Source: Eledone cirrhosa
Lineage: Eukaryota
Direction: 5' to 3'
DNA: 64,000 bases
Assembly (NCBI GenBank): GCA_964016885.1
Contig: CAXHJY010000443.1
Span: 122,638 to 186,637 of the forward strand
Positions 41,244-53,359 of the stretch are shown here, piece by piece. The position numbers were made by a program, and so were the translations under genes. The notes under the pieces are model-generated. The model saw only the letters and a list, made by a program, of their open reading frames with translations. It was not told the DNA's origin and did not search any database. Position 1 is the stretch's first letter. Every line of letters begins with the position of its first letter.

Positions 41244-41279
41244 TCTTCTGATGAAAGACTAGCATCCGAAACGTTAAGA
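41244..41279 (+). ncRNA. Minimal hammerhead ribozyme with degraded stem II
   Basis: TCTT-CTGATGA-AAGACTAGCATCC-GAAAC-GTT-AAGA; same element as 12696-12731. Confidence 0.6.
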
Positions 41280-41370
41280 CCCTCTTCCTGCTATATCAAG
41301 CGTCAACCTAATATATCCCTTCCATATACTGTACCGATTGTGTTGTTATTTTTGTTTACCTTTTACATAC

Positions 41371-41402
<32 letters not shown>

Positions 41403-41403
<1 letters not shown>

Positions 41404-41559
41404 ACGAAGGAAATGTGGTAAGGAACCAGGTGGACCATAACGCACCAAAGTACTCAATACTTGAGGTAGTAGAGTGGGTAATAGGAACCAGTAAGACCCC
41501 GACAGCTGAGCTCAAGCCGTCGAAACGGCTTGAGCTCAGCTGTCGGGGTCTTACTGGTT

Positions 41560-41564
<5 letters not shown>
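41403..41564 (-). mobile_element. Short Penelope-like insertion with a perfect 40-bp-arm palindrome (41481-41564); relatives at 61289-61461 and about 14305-14385
   Basis: Exact inverted arms around cgaa, shared tail gtactcaatacttg.ggtagtagagtgggtaata, (TA)n on both sides. Confidence 0.65.
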
Positions 41565-41623
<59 letters not shown>

Positions 41624-41776
41624 GCTAATGATCTATGTATGCAACACATACACTGCATGCTTTGCTTTTTTCCAGAATAATAATTTTTATGTCAAATAAA
41701 ATTAATTATTTATAGTTTTCTCTATCCTCATTTATACTCATGATATACATATATATATATAATAAATATATATAAT

Positions 41777-44392
41777 AAATTTAAAAGCATATTACTTGAT
41801 ACTTTTGATAGTAAGGAAGAGCAATTAGAGTCGTACAATATAGAGGAAGAGTGGGAATTCCTGAAAGCTAACCTGCTGAAGGCGACAGATGAAACCTGTG
41901 GCTGGAGCAGACCTATAGGCAGGAGGAGAGTAACTTGGTGGTGGAACAGTAAGGTGGAGAGGTCAATCAAGGCCAAAAAGCAAGCTTGGAAAGCATGGCG
42001 GGATGGGGGAAGTAGAGAAGACTATCAAGTGGCCAGGAGGGAAGCTAGGAGACAAGAGTACTTCGCAATAAGGGAAGCAGAGGAAAGAAAGTTCAAGCAT
42101 GTTCTACAACGCGAGGACCAAAAATGTGAGGTGTTCAGGATTGCTAGGCAATGTGTCAAGGAAAACCGTGATATTGTCGTGGAGAAGTGTGTCCTTAATG
42201 ATGATGGTGTACTTGCCATCAGTGACGCTGATAAGAAGGTAGCTTGGAAGTGTCACTACGAAAGGCTACTAAATGAGGAGAATAATTGGGAGAAAGACAG
42301 TCTCCCCCACATCGACCCAATAGAGGGACCAGCAGTGCAAGTTGAAGGTAGTATAATAAGTAAGGCGATCAAAGACATGAAGACTGAAATGCTGAAAGCA
42401 TCCGGATCACTCGGATAGTAAACCAAGTCATACAGAATGGGGTCGTTCTGAAGGACTGGGGTAGGGGAAACTATAGAGGCATTAAATTAATTGACCAGGT
42501 CATGAAGGTCACAGAAAAAGTAATAGCGCAACTAATCAGAGAGCGAATTGATCTAGATGAAATGCAGTTCGGGTTTGTGTCAGGTAAAAGTACAACAGAC
42601 GCTCTCTTCATTGTACGACAACTACAGGAGAAGTACCTAGCTAAAAGTAAACCCCTATACTTAGCCTTTGTTGACTTGGAGAAAGCCTTTGACAGAGTAA
42701 CGCGGTCGATTATCTGGTGGGCCCTTAGAAAACTAGGTGTTGATGAATGGCTTGTGAGAGCTATACAAGCCATGTATAAAGAAACAGTCAGCAAGGTTAG
42801 AATTAACAACGAATATAGTGAAGAGTTTAGCGTAAAAGTTGGTGTTCATCAGGGCTCCGTCCTTAGCCCCCTACTATTTATTATTGCCCTTCAGGCTATA
42901 ACAGAGGAGTTCAAGACCGGCTGCCCATGGGAACTCCTATATGCTGATGATCTAACGCTCATAGCTGAATCAATGGCGGAACTAGAGAAGAAATTCCAAA
43001 CATGGAAGCATGGCCTAGAATCAAAAGGCCTTAAAGTTAACTTGTCTAAGACTAAAGTTCTAGTTTGTAGGAAGGAAAATAGGGCACCAGTCCCATCTAG
43101 GAAATGGCCATGCTCAGTGTGTAGGAAAGGAGTAGGCAGAAACTCCATTTTATGTCCCAAATGCAAAGTATGGGTGCATAAAAGATGTAGTGGGATCACA
43201 GGTAAGCTAACTAAGAATATAGATTTTATATGTGGCCGGTGCTCTGGTGCAATAAGTAACAGCAAGTGCCCACAGAATACTAGCTCATTCCATTACACAG
43301 ATGGTTCTATAGAAATAGTGGACAGCTTTCGTTACCTGGGTGACAAAAATCAGCAGTGGGGGAGGGTGCTCTGAAAGTACAGTAGCTAGAGTCAGAACGG
43401 GATGGAAAAAGTTCAGAGAGCTTATACCACTATTGGCCGCTAAAGGGTTCTCTCTAAAAATGAAAGGCAGGCTGTATGATGCCTGCATACGAACAGCAAT
43501 GTTACATGGCAGTGAGACCTGGGCATTGTGTGCAGAGGATATACGCAGACTGGAGAGAAACGAAGCTTGCATGCTCCGCTGGATGTGTAATAGTAATATA
43601 CGTGAACAGTAAAGCATAAACGAACTAAGGGAGAAATTAGGAATAAGAGGGATCAGATGTTGTTTACTCGAGAGAAGACTACATTGGTACAGTCACGTGA
43701 TGCGCATGAAAGACGACAGCTGTATAAAAAAAGTGCAGGGCGATAAAAATATACAGTAGCCACGGAGTAGGCAGACCTAGAAAAACCTGGGACGACTTGA
43801 TAAATTCCGACCTCACACACTTACACCTCTCCAAGACAATGTCACTGGACCGAGATCTTTGGCGCTACACAGTTATACAGAAGACCCACCTTGCCTAAGT
43901 ACAAAGCGAAACCTAGAGTCAGTAGACACCTCTAACAAAATACACCCCCGTCCCACTACTCCCTTAAATGTGAAGTTATGTTGGTACCACAACATCCAGT
44001 CCGAAAGAAATGAGGTCGTGTAGGTGTCACGACAAAAAAACACACAGTCCACGCTGTAATGTGGCCGTATAGGTAACACGGTAAAAACCTCCCAGTACAC
44101 ACTGTAAACGTGGTTGGTGTTGGGAAGGGCACCCAGCCGTAGAAAACCCGCCAGACGTGTAGGTGTCACGACAAAAAAACACACAGTCCACGCTGTAATG
44201 TGGCCGTATAGGTAACACGGTAAAAACCTCCCAGTCCACACTGTAAACGTGGTTGGTGTTAGGAAGGGCATCCAGCCGTAGAAAACTCGCCAGACAGTCC
44301 TGAGCAAGACAACCAATCTTGCCTCAAGTGGGACAATTCCTGTCCAGACCCATGCTAGCGTGGAAAATGGATGTTAAACGATGATGATGATG

Positions 44393-44395
<3 letters not shown>
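41777..44395 (+). mobile_element. 5'-truncated RTE LINE (subfamily A-like)
   Basis: ORFs 41954-42418, 42502-43374 and 43340-43612; internal deletions near 42385-42460; 139-bp duplication in the 3'UTR; (GAT)n then (TA)n. Confidence 0.96.
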
Positions 44396-44423
<28 letters not shown>

Positions 44424-45169
44424 ACTTCTCATTCTTTTATTTCTTAGGACAATTTGTAAAAAAAAAGTAATATTATTTAAAAAGCATAAGCAGAGAAGAA
44501 TCCTGCTTGCTTAGCAAGAAGTGAATGAAAAGTATTGAACTGATTGCTTCCCCTTTCTACCTTTGTGCAAAGGAGTGGGAGGTATTCAATTTTTATATTG
44601 CTTGCCTTCCATAAGAAAAAACAATGCTGTTAGTTTCGCTAACATATTAGTCTTTATCCTATTGCCCAGGGGGCAAGAGAGGTTAGTGAGTAGTAGTCAA
44701 AAAAAAGTAAGTCAAAAGCAGAATATATTTTGCATGCCGAAGTGTAGCAATATTTTTATTGCCCATGTTCGGCTGAGATCAAAGACTTGCATTTTTGGAC
44801 AGATTTAGAATCATTGTACGATTATTCAATACTGTACAGTATATATGGAACGTTTGGTGACTTTAATTTCACATCAAAAATTCTTTTTTTACTGTTTTAA
44901 GACTTGGATTCAGACATGTGACCACTGCCTAGAATTTTCTTCTTGAACATTTCACATTTGAAACGAAAAGAAGTAGCTGGCAAAGTTCATTTTTTGTGAT
45001 TTAAAAGTTTTCATCCATTTATTCATTCCAATGCTTTAAAATTTTATTTTCAAAAGTAAACTCGCAGCACCTTTTTTTTTTGTAAGAATAAAGCTTCAAA
45101 ATTATATCCCAGTAACATTTTTCACATTTTCATTCACCCACATCATGGCAAAAGAGTCAATTAGCTCAA

Positions 45170-46370
45170 TAAAGATAGAAGAACTACATCACTGACAGAA
45201 AAAGTTTCAAAATTTGTTAATACAACTGTGGCCAAAAATTCATTGCACAAACCTATGATGGAACGAGTGTGATGGCTGGGCATTTGAACGGAGAACAAGC
45301 AAAAATAAAGGAGATTTTTGGTGCAAACATCATATTTGTACATTGTTTTGTGCATTCACTTTATTTGGTACTCTATCAAGTATTCGTAAATGTTGAATTT
45401 TCTTCCAAACTTTAAAGGGAATTTCAACTCGAATAGCACTACAAGATGAAATTATTGGAAGGCGATTTCCAAAGTTACCCGAGACATGTTAAAATTATTC
45501 ACCTTGACAAGTATCCATTTTATCCAACAAAATTACTGTGTTTTCAGAGTTATTTGCAACCATATTAGAAAATCCAGAAGATTGGAATGCTTCAGAATTA
45601 GCACAAGCAAGGGGATTCCTTGCAATCCTAGAAGATTTTCAGTTTAAATTTTTATTAATGGCTTTAAAAACCATATTCAAAAAAATTCACTTGATATTTT
45701 GAGGTGCATTCCTGAGTTTGAAACAATTGGTTGATATCAAGAACAATAAGTTTGGGGAATTTTACTGTCAGGTTTTGTAAGGTGTTGCTCAACCACTGGA
45801 GTAGCGTTGTCGATATCAAGAACCAGAAGCTGTTTTAAGAACTTTGTTTAACAACATTTTGGATGAAGTTATTTTTCACGTTGAGCAAATATTTAAAACA
45901 ATGGGAGAGTTCAGATTTGTGGAATCCAAAGCTTTTTCACACTTACAAAAAAAATTTCTGATGGTTGCGTTATCTTTGGTTGTCTATATAAACATATTGG
46001 ATTTGGATGGGTTGAAATATGAACTGAAATCAGTTTATGCTGCAGATTTTGCAAAGGAAGCATCGTCACAGACATAAAATGGGAACTTGAACTAAACCAA
46101 ACTCTGGCAGAAGTAACAAAATTATTACACCTGATTCTGACCATACATGTCACATCTGCTTCATATGAGAGAGCGTTTTTTTTTTTTTTTTTTTCATTAA
46201 AGCAAATAAATAATTATATGAGGTGTTCTTGAAATGAAGAGATTGAACAATTTGGTCTTCATTTCCATTAATAAAGACCTTTTGAAGAAGATGAAAGTAG
46301 AGTGTGGTGCTGATACATTTTGTAGCTGAGTAATCAGTGAATTTATCAAAAAGAAACAAAGAAATGATTT
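45170..46370 (+). mobile_element. Degenerate hAT transposase
   Basis: AQTYDGTSVMAGHLNGEQAKIKEIF..IFVHCFVHSLYLVL and C-terminal LAEVTKLLHLILTIHVTSASYERAF (hAT dimerisation-like). Confidence 0.8.
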
Positions 46371-47129
46371 ACAAATCAATTTTGAATATTTCAAATCAAC
46401 AATAAGATAGAATATTATGATTTCTTTAATGCATTGATAACATTTCTTTCTGAACTTTACTAAGAATATATGTAAGTGTAATGCTCAGATGGACAGAATG
46501 TTGAAGTCTATGCTTCAAATTGCAACACTACCCATCTACTCTCCTCACTATCACCATTGATTTACAAATTTTAAATATTTCATCATTTGTAGGTTTTATT
46601 ATTTACTCAAATTTCTCTTGAAACCAATAAGGGTCATCATGGCAGGGTGTTACTAATAGGAGGTGGCAGGGTGGTATCAAGCCTGAAGTGTGGACTATTG
46701 ATTGAAGTGCATTTTGTTACATTAAAATTAGCTCATATCATATTCACAAATCTGGGTGGGGACACCATTGATTAATTTTCCAGAGGGAGGAGTATAAGGC
46801 TCCACAGCCCCACTCTCCACAATGGTAATTGGACTACATGCCCTGCTTTCTAAGTCCCCCTTCGTCACATATATATATGGGAAGTATGTTTAGAAAGTGG
46901 CATGCAGAGTTTGGAAATTGAAATAGCCCTAACTTTTTGACTAAATATAATAGTCTAATAATAACAGGACATATAAACCTACTGAACAGAAAAAGATGGG
47001 CATCAGCACTGATGCCCATCTTTTTCCATTCAGTGGGTTTATACGCCCCATTATTATTCATCATCACTGTGATCACAATTCATGATTTTCCATTGCTCCT
47101 GGCAACTGCTCCCTACTGAAGATTGTATT

Positions 47130-47490
47130 GTCAGAGTTAATTGATGAAGGTTCAAGCCAGTCTTCCTCAACTGCATCTCCCATGAGTTGGTTCCTATAAT
47201 AGTAGGTTACTTCTCTGGCAATGTCCTGAAAAATCCTAACAATTTTTTAGCAATTGCAGTTGTTATCTTGGGCAAGTTTCCGCACAAACTTTCATTTGTA
47301 ATACATTGACACCAATTCATGTTTTGTACAACCCTAAGTATTTTAGTGTATGCACACTCTAGTTTCTTCTCAAGTGCTTGTGTCAGGGTCCATGTACCTG
47401 ATCCATACAATAACACTGACTCAACAGATGTTCTGCAGAATTATATTTTTATTTTTCTGGGTAGATCTGACTTCCACATCCTTTCCATTT
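47130..47490 (-). mobile_element. 3' fragment of a different RTE-like LINE; further distinct fragments at 50590-51070(-) and 62120-62550(-)
   Basis: LLYGSGTWTLTQALEKKL..AYTKILR; LYGCKSWTL; YGYESWVVTERM post-RT motifs. Confidence 0.7.
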
Positions 47491-48475
47491 TGTTATTATT
47501 AGACTATATTATTTAGTCAAAAAGTTACAACAAAGTCTCCATACAATTCCAAGTCCTAACACTCTCCATTGATCAATCCCCTCACCTGATAAGTGCCCCC
47601 ACCTTAGATCTACCTCTCCAATCCCCATGTACTGCACCTCTTCCATTCCAGTCCACACTGTAAAGTGGTCATGTAGGTGTCACAACAAAAAGTACCCAGT
47701 ACACACTATAAATGTGGTTGGCATCCAGCCGTAAAACCAAGCCCAAATTGGTCCAGTGTGAGCAAGACACTGTCATCTGATCTGGCTTTGCTCAAATCTG
47801 GACAACTCGTCTAACCCATGGTAGTGTGGGAAAATGGAAATTAAATGATGATGATGATAAATAGTATTGTCATTTCTCAAAGAATCACCACAATAGATTT
47901 AGATTTATCCTACAATAGTCCATGAGAAAAGACTTTTTCAAATTGATATCGCAAACTCGGAAAACTAAGTTTTTATAAAGAATAAACATTCTAATAGAGT
48001 GGGAGTGGCATTGGAAGAAAGAAGACACAAACAACTGATGAGAAAGCAAAATAGACATAATTTCCAGTTCTCTGCATATTGCCTACTTTTCTGTCTCTTT
48101 TTGAACACTCTCTCTATGTCTTCTATCCATTTCTTTCCCTCTCTTACTCTCTTTTTCTTACAGACACATAATCATCATACATGCATAAATATATACATAT
48201 ACACAAACATACACATTGCGGGGTATTCCATTAAAAATCCGAAAAGAACCACAGTTAAAGTAAAGTACACAATACATCAAATAGAGAATGTACAGTGAAA
48301 ACTGAGTTCAAAAACTTAATTAATTCCTGAAGGCCATTTTAAAGGGTTCCTACTTAAATTAAAACCTCCCCACATAATTTTATATAGGAACTTTTTTGTT
48401 ATGTTACAAAAACTATCTTAACACTTTAGCATTTACATAACTCTATATTTACTATTATATTTTTACAGTAAAGAC

Positions 48476-48817
48476 TCATCATCATCATCATCATTTTACG
48501 TCCGCTTTTCCCTGCTTGCAAGGGTGGGACGGGAACTGATTCTGGCTTGATTTCTACAGCTGGATGCCCTTCCTAACACCAACCTCATTTACAGTGAGTG
48601 CTGGGTGCTTTATTTCCGTGGCACCTCCACGTCCACTTTGCAGTGGAATGATATGGACCCCAGTCCCTATCATCTCATTTCTACAGCTGAGTGAACTGGA
48701 GCAATGTGGAATAAAGTGTCTTGCTCAAGGAAACAACACATCACCCGGTCTGAGAATTGAACTCACAACCTTTTGATTGCAAGGCCAATGCTCTAACCAC
48801 TAAGCCACGTGCCTCCA
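48476..48817 (-). mobile_element. SINE family 1 full copy inserted inside a MITE
   Basis: Near-identical to 632-975; MITE halves at 48422-48475 and 48818-48972. Confidence 0.88.
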
Positions 48818-49606
48818 TATAATTATTTCACATAATATCGAATCTTTGAGATTTTGAGATTTATTTTGAAAACAATATTTTAACGTCAGTATGAGTGGCC
48901 AGTTATGGCCAGTTTGAATAGAAAAAGATGAGAGAATTCTGGCTGGATACAGCTGGGTTAAATGCTAAAGAGTTAATGAAATTATAATTTTAGTAAATCT
49001 TTTAGAAATTCTTCATTAATTTGAATACAAAATATTTCATTAGCAGTGATGAAAAAGTTAAAATGACGGCCAGAAACAGAGTGAAAGAGAGAGAGATGTG
49101 AAGAAAGATAAAGGGGGAAGGAGTACAACACACTCACACAGTTGTTTTACTAGACTAGCTACCCCTCCCATCATATACACAACCACACACACGCACGTAC
49201 ACTCACACACAAATGCATTCTTCCTGGTAGCCACAACTAAAGGTATTCAACACAGTAAAACAATGGAATACTTCAATTAACATTAGATAACAAAATAAAA
49301 TAAGCTGAGGTCATTGTACTTGTATCTATTTGCAATCATTAATAGGAGGGACATGCTACAATTAACATCAGGAAGTACATAAATATATTAGCTGCGATTA
49401 TAATGCACTTATCTATTTCTTCATCATCTTTCCGTAACTGGTGCAACCAATCGTTAACAAGCCCTCTGGTGCTAAGGGGCTTTTGGTACTTAAGACCCTC
49501 CAATAATGTGGAAACATGCTGAATGTTAGTTAGGAAATTATGTATGACTGTTCAAATAAGTAACAAGTACAAATAAACACAATAGAAAGCGAGTTATTGC
49601 TATACC

Positions 49607-49678
49607 ATCTGATTGTTACAGCACACTTGAGCTCTGATTGTTACAGCACACTTGAGCTCTGATTGTTACAGCACACTT
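49607..49678. repeat. 25-bp tandem triplication tctgattgttacagcacacttgagc
   Basis: Directly visible. Confidence 0.9.
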
Positions 49679-49719
49679 GGAACATTTGTCAGTTATGATT
49701 TAAAATAATTTGTTTCAAT

Positions 49720-50430
49720 ATACAAGGTGGTATCAAAAAGTTTCCAGGCTAGTTCTGTAGCGCGCCAACAGATGGCAATACACGGTTGCGCGTACAGTGA
49801 GTACTAGCAGTGACTTTCATGCACCAGTGTGCCAAGTGATATTGCTGCGTTCAAATCGCAAGTTGTGAAATTTGTGTTTTTGCTGTAGCCTGCAATTTTG
49901 TCATGAACAGGAAGTTGGAACAAAGAGCCATCGTGAAATTTTACGTTCAACTTGGGAAGTCTGCTACAGAAACATTGAACAAGCTTATGTCATATGAAAT
50001 GTGTCATGTGGCACAGGCGTTTCAAAAGCAGAACATCCCTGGAAGACGACAAGTGATCTGGAAGACCTGCCACAAGTGTCACCCACAGAAATGTGGAGAA
50101 AATTAATCAGCTTGTGCATGAGGATCATTGGAGGACAATCAATGATATTCCTGATGTTGTTGGTCTGTGGCAATCCTAAGGTCTGAATTGAACATCGCGT
50201 CGAAGTTTGTCAAGATCTCCGCCAGTATGCTGCTGATGACCCATGCTTCACATTGAGGATCATCTCTGGTGATGAGAGTTGGGTCTATGGGTACAACCCT
50301 GAGACAAAGCAGCAGTGAACACAGTGGAAAAGCCCTCCATCTCCACGACTGAAGAAGGCATGACAGAGCTACAGCTCAATCAAGAGCATGTTCATCGGTT
50401 TTTTTTTACATCCATGGTATTTTGCATCGA
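49720..50430 (+). mobile_element. Degenerate mariner (second family), 3' part lost
   Basis: ta-caaggtggtatcaaaaagttt terminus; MNRKLEQRAIVKFYVQLGKSATET; IISGDESWVYGYNPETKQQ. Confidence 0.85.
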
Positions 50431-51559
50431 GAAATCCCTTTTGGCACAAGGCCAGCAATTACTCCAGTGTATTACTGGTACTTTATTTTATCCACCCTGT
50501 AAGGATGAAAGAAAGGCAAAGCTAACCTTGCGGGCTTTGAACTCAGAACGTAAAGGTTCGTAACTCTATGTGTTCTGAGTTCAAAATGATAATAATAATA
50601 ATACACATGGACAGTATATATACAATTGCCACTGATCTCAATCCTCCATCATATGCAGATGGGTTGCAGTGTTGTGACCTGTCCAGTCTTTGATGTTGAA
50701 CTAGGGCTTTCTTTATCTGTCTCTTCAACACCTTCCTTCAACAGTGTCCTGGATAATGGTTTTGGGCAGGAAGTTATGGTGGGATTTATTACCATACTAG
50801 GCAAGCTTTCATCTTTTCACAAGTGGTTGCCACCACATTTGGTGACTTGCTGTCTGACAACGCTGTTTCTCTTACAGTCTGTGTGTATGACATGCATAGC
50901 AACTTTCTAAGCATTTGTGCTCAAAAATGCCTGGATTCTTTGTTTCATGTTGGTACAAGTGTCCAGCTTTTGCATCCATACAGAACAATCAAAGACACCA
51001 AGGACTTGGACAATTTGGACTTCATGGGGAGAACTAATATAATTGCTTTTCCATATGAAATTCAGCATTACCATAAACATTTACAGCTGCATATGGACAA
51101 ATTCAGCCAAAGATTTTTATGTCTTCTGTTCACCACAGAGGTTGTTATTAAAGGAGGCCAAGGAGCTTGGAGAAGAAGATTGGGGTGACACTAGTGTTTC
51201 TAGGAAGGTAATTTATAGAAGGTAGAAGTCTAGGCCATGAGGGGAAAAAGACTAAAGTCAAACTTACTGTTATTGCATGGTGAGGAAGAAAAACTGAGAT
51301 TAACTTAAATAGGTTAGATAAGTACAACCACATACAAACATCTACATACCCACACTCAAAAATATATGTATATACACCATAAAATGTACACTCGCACACA
51401 CACATTTTTGTTCAATTTCTATGGCTGGATGCCCTTCCTAACACTAACCACCTTCAGAGTGAACTGGATACACTTTATTGTGGCACCAAAACTACCACTT
51501 TACAGATATCACTGGATGTATTTTATCATGGTACCTGCACTATTACTTAACACAGGATG

Positions 51560-52680
51560 CTTAGCATTCGTCGGCCTGGAAAGGCCTCTGACAGAATTCT
51601 CCACTCTGTAATCTGGTGAGCACTTAGAAAATTAGGGATAGATGAATGGCTTGTGAGGGTTGTACAAGGCAAGGACAGTAGTATAGTTAGCAAGGTGAGT
51701 GGTAATAATAAGTAGCGCGATAAATTTAGTATGCTGACAGGAGTCCACCAAGGGCTCAGTCCCCTCGTTTATTATAATCCTCCAGGATTATATTAAATAA
51801 TTTTGTTTATAACAGGAGTTCAAGACTGGCTGTCTTTGGACACTCCTGTATTCTGATGATCTAGCACTCATAGCAGAAACCACAAAAAAAATTAGAAAAT
51901 TTCCAGACATAGAAACAAAATATGGAATGAAAGGGTCTTAAAATAAATCTATAGACAAAAGTTTTAGTAAGTGGGAAAGAAGATAGGATTCAGACACCAG
52001 CAGGTAAATGGCCATCCCCCATATGCCAGAAAGGTAGAAATACCATTACAGTATAGATAGCAAATACACAAAAGGTGTAGAGGGTTCATGGGTAAGGTGT
52101 CAGAGTAGGGAGACTTGTATAGGAATAATCAGCAGTAAAGGCACTCATGAAATAAACTCTCTGAAATATTCAAAAAGCTCATTTGAAGTAATAGAAAGAG
52201 TTCATTATCTCGGTGAAATCATTAACAGTGGAGATAGCTGTGCCAAAAGTGTTGTAGCCAGAGTGAGTTGACCAGGGAAGCTGTTATCTCTACTGGCAAA
52301 AAATGTCTTCTCTCTCAGAGTGAAAAGCAGATTATTGTGTTCAAATTCCTATGTTGCATGGTTAAAAAGAAATGAAGCATGCATGCTATGTTGGATGTGT
52401 AATGTTAGAGTGAGTGAACAAGGCACAAGTGAAATGAGTGAAAAGCTGAGCATAAGAGGAATTGAATGTAGTGTGCAAGAGAAACAATTGTGCTGGTGTG
52501 AGAGTTGTTTATAAAAAGGTTGGTATTAGGGAGGGAATCCAGCTGTAGAAACCATGCCAAATATGGAACATATGAGCAAGATGAGGTCGCTCTGACCCAT
52601 CTGGTCTTGGACAATGACAACCTGTCCAACCCATGCCAACATAGGCAGCAGATGCAAAATGATGATTATGATAATGATGT
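51560..52680 (+). mobile_element. Old degenerate RTE copy
   Basis: Diverged match to the RT and 3' tail of the other copies. Confidence 0.8.
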
Positions 52681-53359
52681 GTGTGTGCGTTTTTATATGT
52701 ATATAAAAAAAAAACAGACAACCATCACATGTAATTGAGTATGACTTGGTAGTGTGTACCATGCTTTTGCTAAGGGTTTTAGGTACTTAAGCAGTCACAT
52801 GTAGACACAGAAACCCTTTCTTCCTTGCTTCTGTGGAACATCCAGGCTGTGACAGCTAGAAGAGGAAAGGGCTACACCAGCTCTGAGCTGGTACTTTCTT
52901 TATCAGCTCCCAAAAGGATGAAAGGTTTAAATTCAGAATGCAGAGACCCAGAACAAATAATAATGCTCTAAAGACTTAGTTAAATCCCTTTCCCCATAGA
53001 GTAGAGAGGGCTGTTCACTTGAGACAATAACTGAGAAACACTCTAGTATAAGATTGTTGGTAACATGAAGGGTATCCAGCTGTAGAAACTACGCCAAAAA
53101 GGGTTGAGGGAAGTCTTCAGTTGTGCCAAGGGCACAAGCTTTTTAGTGTTGGTGACTCTATAAACTCACCCAGTACATGCTCTAAAGTAGTTGGTGATAG
53201 GAAGAGCATCTAGTGATAAAAAATTTGCTAAGCAAAGCGTCAGGAAAACTCTTCAATTGTGTGAAAGACCATGACAACCTCCCTTGAACTGATGCCATGA
53301 TAAAATGCACCTGGTGCACTCTGTAGAATGTGGGAATGTATCTAAGAGTATATATATAT

